NCBI GenBank assembly: GCA_965219535.1
Contig: CBDCNV010000001.1
Span: 1,950,001 to 1,982,000 of the forward strand
Reading direction: 5' to 3'
Length of the DNA stretch: 32,000 nucleotides
From: Opitutales bacterium
GTDB lineage: Bacteria; Verrucomicrobiota; Verrucomicrobiia; Opitutales; PNEW01
Shown: piece after piece, positions 27,991 through 32,000 of the stretch
How positions within the stretch are numbered: position 1 is the first letter of the stretch
How the letters are laid out: each line of letters opens with the position of its first letter
The notes under the pieces: generated by a model
The model's database searches: none
What the model was told of the DNA's origin: nothing
Seen by the model: only the letters and a program-made list of their open reading frames with translations
Position numbers and translations under genes: made by a program

Positions 27991-28095
27991 TACTATCTAG
28001 CTTAAGTAATTTCCCCCTATTATGCGGGGGGACTTCCAAACTTTAAACGCAGTCCATTAATCGCAAGATTTGTAGGCCCAGGTATTTAAGTGGGA

Positions 28096-29541
28096 TCACC
28101 TTTCATTCTCTGATGGGCGTTTTCCTGAAGCTTGAGGTTCTGGAATTATTTCACCGTCGAGACGATATTGTTTCAGTTTATTGCGCAGCGTGCGCACTGT
28201 AATTTTCAGCAAATCGGCCGCATGCGTCCTGTTCCCATCAGTTGCATGAAGAGCACGCATAATTTGAATCTTTTCCATTTGTTCTAGTGATATGACATCA
28301 TCTGATCTCGGAGCAGATACCATTCCAGTCGATTGAGCATTATCGATAGACAGACTGCTCTTATTCATGTTGTTAGCAGTTTTATTCTGCCCAAATGAGA
28401 CCGCATCAAGTGTCCCTATATTTTCTGACATTATAACTGCGCGCTCAACTGTGTTCTGCAATTCGCGAACATTGCCAGGCCAATCCTGTGCCTGTAAAAA
28501 CTCTAGCGCATCAGGTGAAATCTCATCAATTTTGACTCCATGTTTGCGTGCAGCACGCATCGCAAAATGGCGGGACAGTTGATTAATATCTGATTTTCGC
28601 TCGCGAAGTGTGGGGTTGGTAATGGGGAATACATTTAACCGGTAAAAAAGATCCTGTCGAAATTCACTGCGCTCAACACATTGCGCAAGATTGCGATTCG
28701 TTGTAGCCAAGACACGGACGTCTACTTTAATGGTAGTATTACCACCGACGCGTTCAAATTCGCGCTCTTGTAAAACACGTAACAGCTTAGCTTGCAAAGC
28801 AGGTGAAATCTCGCTCACTTCATCGAGTAAAATTGTTCCGCCATCAGCCAGTTCAAATCTACCTTCTCGGCGCTCCATCGCACCCGTAAATGCACCTTTT
28901 TCATGTCCAAAGAATTCACTTTCGATTAAAGTGTCTGAGATCGAGGCACAGTTAACTTTTATAAAGGGCTTTTCAACACGGTCACTTGCCTTGTGGATTT
29001 CATTCGCAACAAGCTCTTTTCCAGTTCCACTTTCACCCTGAATGAGAACCGTAGCCCCGGTTGGGGCCACTTTATGAATAAGTCTGCGTAAACTGTTTAT
29101 CGCTCGGCTGCTCCCTAAAATCTCCGTATCCTGATCGTCAATCTGATTATAAAAACGATTGAGACTAAGTATATGGCTATACTCTTCTGCTTTCTTAACG
29201 ATAATGTCAATTTGGCTACTATAAAAAGGTTTAATAATATAATCAAAAGCACCCGCTCGCATGCAGTTCACGGCTGATTCAACTGAAGCATACCCCGTCA
29301 TCATCACAATTAAGGGTGCATTCTCCTTCTTTGAAAAAGTCCGTAGTAAATCCGTACCATCACCGTCCGGTAATCGAACATCCATAAACACAAGATCGAA
29401 AACATCATTCGCTAGACTGTGATCTGCACTGGCAATAGTGTCCGCCGTGGCGACACTGTAATTATTATTTATCAGCTGCTCTTGCAGCGATTTCCTAATC
29501 GCCAATTCATCATCGATGACTAATATTTTCTCAATCGCCAT
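28096..29541 (-). CDS. Sigma-54-dependent response regulator (NtrC family: receiver + AAA+ + Fis-type HTH)
   Basis: The receiver has ILVIDDE, FMDVRLPDGDG (phospho-acceptor Asp context) and IIKPF. The AAA+ domain has the Walker A GESGTGKE, the sigma-54 contact loop GAFTGA, the Walker B GGTILLDEV and the FRQDLFYRLN motif. The C-terminal HTH is NRTHAADLLKITVRTLRNKLKQY. Confidence 0.92.
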   Translation of the reverse strand: MAIEKILVIDDELAIRKSLQEQLINNNYSVATADTIASADHSLANDVFDLVFMDVRLPDGDGTDLLRTFSKKENAPLIVMMTGYASVESAVNCMRAGAFDYIIKPFYSSQIDIIVKKAEEYSHILSLNRFYNQIDDQDTEILGSSRAINSLRRLIHKVAPTGATVLIQGESGTGKELVANEIHKASDRVEKPFIKVNCASISDTLIESEFFGHEKGAFTGAMERREGRFELADGGTILLDEVSEISPALQAKLLRVLQEREFERVGGNTTIKVDVRVLATTNRNLAQCVERSEFRQDLFYRLNVFPITNPTLRERKSDINQLSRHFAMRAARKHGVKIDEISPDALEFLQAQDWPGNVRELQNTVERAVIMSENIGTLDAVSFGQNKTANNMNKSSLSIDNAQSTGMVSAPRSDDVISLEQMEKIQIMRALHATDGNRTHAADLLKITVRTLRNKLKQYRLDGEIIPEPQASGKRPSENER

Positions 29542-29833
29542 GGTTAAGGACTTTAGGCTGGCCTATGTTTCTTATGATCCGAAACTTTAAATGTACGCTT
29601 TCTAAAGGAGCTTAATAATTACTCATTTAGTTAGATAATTGTTATAAAAAATAAGGTCGAGAGGTTTCACGCTCTATTAATAGTTTATTCTAAGTATAAA
29701 TATGTTTTTAGACAGAATTCTATTATCTCAGTACGCTGAACGGCGTAAACATGGATATCATGAAGTGAAAACTAAAGAAAAGCTAATGTGAGTATAAACC
29801 GTTATTAATGACTCACGATGATAAAATCTTCTT

Positions 29834-29856
29834 TAAATGATTTCACAAATCATTTA
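29834..29856. promoter_or_regulatory. Perfect 10-3-10 palindrome, a candidate protein-binding site
   Basis: The sequence is TAAATGATTT-CAC-AAATCATTTA. The arms 29834-29843 and 29847-29856 are exact reverse complements. It lies ~300 bp upstream of the regulator start in very AT-rich DNA. Confidence 0.3.
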
Positions 29857-29940
29857 TAGTAAGGATTAAAGATAAGATATTATAGCTTATAAAATTCTTT
29901 ATTGAGATATAACGATCATTAATAAGTGTTGCAATCCTAC

Positions 29941-29990
29941 TGATCGGACCCCGTTTTTCGTACCAATTTAAGTGAGAGAGTTACCGGGTG
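29941..29990. repeat. Solo IS3-family terminal-repeat remnant abutting IS no. 2
   Basis: TGATCGGACCCCGTTTTTCGTACCAATTTAAGTG aligns in register, without gaps, to the IS no. 2 end TGACCTGCTCCCGTTTACTGTACCAGAGCAAGTG. That is 23 of 34 identities, including the blocks CCCGTTT, GTACCA and AAGTG. The following TGAGAGAGTTA is identical to an 11-mer inside the IS no. 1 end. Confidence 0.55.
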
Positions 29991-30034
29991 TGACCTGCTC
30001 CCGTTTACTGTACCAGAGCAAGTGTTAGTTCCGG
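29991..30034. repeat. Terminal inverted repeat of IS no. 2 (physical left end)
   Basis: The sequence is TGACCTGCTCCCGTTTACTGTACCAGAGCAAGTGTTAGTTCCGG. The reverse complement of the right end is TGACCTGTCCCCGTAAAACTGGACCAGCAAAGATTTAGTCTGG. Confidence 0.75.
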
Positions 30035-30871
30035 CAGGGTGGTATGGGTTTTAACTTTCTTAGACATGGCTCTCTGGGCGTATTCGGCCGGAGGCCGATA
30101 GCCCAGAGAACTGTGTGGTCTTTGAGTATTATAATCAAGCCGCCAGGCTTCAAGTTTTTCTTTCGCTTCAGCGAGCGTACAAAATAGCTCGGTGTTAAGA
30201 AGTTCATCTCGTAAGCGTCCATTGAAGCTCTCAATATAACCATTCTCTACGGGTTTACCTGGCCGGATAAAATCCAGCTTGATGCCATGGCCATAAGCCC
30301 ATTCATCCAGTACTTTGCCGGAAAACTCGGGCCCATTATCGACGGTAATGGTTTGGGGAAGACCGATTCCTGCAGCGGCTTTCATAAGTGCTGCAGCGAC
30401 TTTGTGCCCACCGATGGACGTATCGACCAAAAGCAGTGGGCAAGCTCGGGTGTATTGATCGACAACGGTGAGTATGCGGAAGGGGCGGCCGTTGGTCAGC
30501 CGATCGCTCATAAAGTCCATCGACCAGCGCTCCTGGGCTGCTGAAGCCGCGGGCAGTGAGACCCGTCTTTGCGCGGCACGCTTCTTTCGTTTCTTCGTGC
30601 GCACTTCCAGCCCTTCGGCCTTGTAGATACGATAAACGCGTTTCTTTCCTACCGTCCAGCCTTCCCGCTTTAATAACACCGTGATTCGCCGATACCCGTA
30701 GCGCACGCGCGCTGCGGCGAGGTCACGGATGCGCATGATCAGCGCACGTTCGTCCTTCTTCACCGGCTGGTAGTTATAACTCGACCAATACAACTTCATC
30801 AGCCTGCACGCGCGGCGTTTGCTCACCTCATAAGCTTCCACTAACCAGTCAGCAATCACCTTCTTGCGCAC
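30005..30871 (-). CDS. IS3-family transposase OrfB (DDE/rve), expected to be expressed as OrfAB by a -1 frameshift
   Basis: It has WSMDFMSDR (D), ITVDNGPEF (D) and [17 protein letters not shown] (E). The frame stays open upstream through the A7 run (AAA AAA ATT ATA AAG CCT GTG CGC AAG). The GTG at 30871 is only the ORF-finder start. Confidence 0.9.
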   Translation of the reverse strand: MRKKVIADWLVEAYEVSKRRACRLMKLYWSSYNYQPVKKDERALIMRIRDLAAARVRYGYRRITVLLKREGWTVGKKRVYRIYKAEGLEVRTKKRKKRAAQRRVSLPAASAAQERWSMDFMSDRLTNGRPFRILTVVDQYTRACPLLLVDTSIGGHKVAAALMKAAAGIGLPQTITVDNGPEFSGKVLDEWAYGHGIKLDFIRPGKPVENGYIESFNGRLRDELLNTELFCTLAEAKEKLEAWRLDYNTQRPHSSLGYRPPAEYAQRAMSKKVKTHTTLPELTLALVQ

Positions 30872-30876
30872 AGGCT

Positions 30877-30891
30877 TTATAATTTTTTTGC
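30877..30891 (-). promoter_or_regulatory. Programmed -1 ribosomal frameshift site of IS no. 2
   Basis: The minus strand reads GCA AAA AAA TTA TAA, an A7 run (plus-strand T7 at 30883-30889) two codons before the OrfA stop. OrfB is open in the -1 frame across it. Confidence 0.7.
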
Positions 30892-31149
30892 GATTACTTC
30901 CTGCAGCATGTGCTTGTCCAGGCTCAGATCAGCTACCAGCTTCTTCAAACTGGCGTTCTCTTCATCGAGTTGCTTCAGCCGTCTTAATTCGCTCATTCCC
31001 ATGCCCGCGTATTTACCCTTCCATCGGTGGTAGGTCTGTTCGCTCACGCCTAACTCTCGGCACACTTCGGCGATCCTTCGACCGCCTTCTACCTGCCTTA
31101 GGGCATAGATGATTTGTTCTTTATTATATCGTTTTCCTTTATTTTTCAT
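30877..31149 (-). CDS. IS3-family transposase OrfA (HTH + leucine zipper)
   Basis: The 90-aa ORF has [38 protein letters not shown], then the heptad-Leu segment [36 protein letters not shown]. It ends on the A7 run. Confidence 0.9.
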   Translation of the reverse strand: MKNKGKRYNKEQIIYALRQVEGGRRIAEVCRELGVSEQTYHRWKGKYAGMGMSELRRLKQLDEENASLKKLVADLSLDKHMLQEVIAKKL

Positions 31150-31192
31150 GGGTGGTTCTTTCTCCTATTTTTTATTAGGTTTTCCACCCATG

Positions 31193-31235
31193 CCAGACTA
31201 AATCTTTGCTGGTCCAGTTTTACGGGGACAGGTCA
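31193..31235. repeat. Terminal inverted repeat of IS no. 2 (physical right end)
   Basis: It is the reverse-complement partner of 29991-30034. Confidence 0.75.
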
Positions 31236-31313
31236 CTACACTTAACTTTAAAAGAATTCTCGAACCCAATAAAAGTAGAGGATATATAAAAAGTCGCACT
31301 TGAAAATCAGGAA

Positions 31314-32000
31314 ATGAGCCGAAATTACAACCTGGAAGATGTGGATACTCGCTATCCCAATGATGTCGCTGAAGAGATAGTCGCTCTATATCAGCACTGC
31401 TTTTCTGATACAGATGCTTCATTCATTCTCCCATTATTTGATGATGTGAAAGGCATGTTTGCCGGTGAGTACAGAAATTACCAGGCGATGGATACCATTT
31501 ATCACGATCTGGAACATACGCTTCAAGCGACGCTCTGTTGGGTACGCCTGATGACCAACCGACAACTGCTCAAGGTGGAGCCAGTCATCACACCCAAGGA
31601 GTTTCAGATTGGATTAATAGGCATTTTATTTCATGATGTCGGTTATTTAAAAATCAATGAAGACAAAGAAGGCACGGGTGCAAAATATACGTTTGTTCAC
31701 GAACGGCGCAGCTGCGAAATTGTCGATATATATTTATCAGATAAAGGATGGAATAAACGCGATATTTTTGCCGTTCAGCACCTCATAAGTTGCACGGGGC
31801 CACGAAGTAATATTAACACGATACCCTTTCATAATAAAGCTGAACGTCTAATGGGTGAAGCTGTTTGTACCGCAGATTACATTGGTCAGATGAGTGATTA
31901 CAACTACGTCCAAAAATTACCCGCTCTGTATCTCGAATTTGAAGAATCAGATGACTACCGCGAAATCCCAAAAGACAACCGTCTATTTAAAAGCAAAGAA
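31314..32000 (+). CDS. HD-domain (metal-dependent phosphohydrolase superfamily) protein, N-terminal 229 codons; the CDS runs off the window end
   Basis: I translated it by hand and found no stop from ATG 31314 to 32000, in frame. It has the His/Asp signature YHDLEHTLQ...GILFHDVGYL...FVHERRS...CTADYIGQM. It is open-ended and absent from the ORF track. I saw no HD-GYP motif in the visible part. Confidence 0.75.
   Translation, partial: MSRNYNLEDVDTRYPNDVAEEIVALYQHCFSDTDASFILPLFDDVKGMFAGEYRNYQAMDTIYHDLEHTLQATLCWVRLMTNRQLLKVEPVITPKEFQIGLIGILFHDVGYLKINEDKEGTGAKYTFVHERRSCEIVDIYLSDKGWNKRDIFAVQHLISCTGPRSNINTIPFHNKAERLMGEAVCTADYIGQMSDYNYVQKLPALYLEFEESDDYREIPKDNRLFKSKE

Larger units (their letters stand above)
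29991..31235 (-). mobile_element. IS3-family insertion sequence, IS407-group-like (1245 bp), apparently intact
   Basis: The termini are TGACCTG...CAGGTCA, with ~43-bp imperfect inverted repeats. OrfA and OrfB have an A7 slippery site at the overlap. The element is visibly more GC-rich than its surroundings. Confidence 0.9.

Noticed and set aside
28013-28031. A C5 / G6 inverted repeat considered as the rho-independent terminator of the regulator gene.
   Set aside because: No T/U tract follows the stem on either strand, and the stem is only 5 bp. It is mentioned in a low-interest finding but not annotated as a terminator.
29702-29791. A 29-codon ORF (MFLDRILLSQYAERRKHGYHEVKTKEKLM) in the AT-rich region upstream of the regulator, followed by a 6-bp stem (GTGAGT...ACTCAC).
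   Set aside because: It has no ribosome-binding context, no signal or known motif, and a length expected by chance. It cannot be supported without conservation or expression data.
29802-29925. Distant 10-bp inverted pair TTATTAATGA (29802-29811) and TCATTAATAA (29916-29925), plus recurrent ATTAAT motifs.
   Set aside because: The composition is extremely AT-rich, the pair is placed asymmetrically around the central palindrome, and the pair is too short. Chance is the more likely explanation.
31198-31422. A 74-aa minus-strand ORF crossing the IS no. 2 right end and the start of the HD-domain gene.
   Set aside because: It straddles the IS boundary and is antisense to a well-supported open-ended CDS. 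It has no motifs.

Overview
The window is a visibly A/T-rich, tightly packed chromosomal segment from a Gram-negative-type organism (an LpxK gene is present). I cannot assign a taxon without a database search.

About 26 kb is ordinary core metabolism and housekeeping:
- scpB (partial), ilvD, pgi, ppx/gppA, rluD, an adenosine-deaminase-family gene and an M29 aminopeptidase
- an adenylate-kinase-like gene and lpxK
- panD translationally coupled to a class-V aminotransferase
- topB and fba
- a compact metG-menF-menD-menB block
- korA-korB plus a Gfo/Idh/MocA oxidoreductase

Accessory content is limited to two different IS3-family insertion sequences, both visibly more GC-rich than the host DNA:
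- IS no. 1 (4075-5362) splits the 16S rRNA methyltransferase gene rsmI. It has an intact 3-bp target duplication. Its transposase frame structure is abnormal.
- IS no. 2 (29991-31235, IS407-like) is canonical inside. It has no target duplication and abuts a 50-bp solo IS-end remnant.

IS no. 2 lies between an orphan sigma-54-dependent response regulator and a partial HD-domain gene. The regulator has a ~400-bp very AT-rich upstream region.

I also found a 51-codon lipoprotein ORF that is too short for the ORF track, and two open-ended CDSs at the window edges.

I saw no tRNA, rRNA, CRISPR array, prophage, toxin-antitoxin or recognisable defence module. I could not support any novel multigene system here. 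The most unusual material is the IS biology and the 27.3-32 kb edge. All product calls rest on motif recognition by eye, not on searches.
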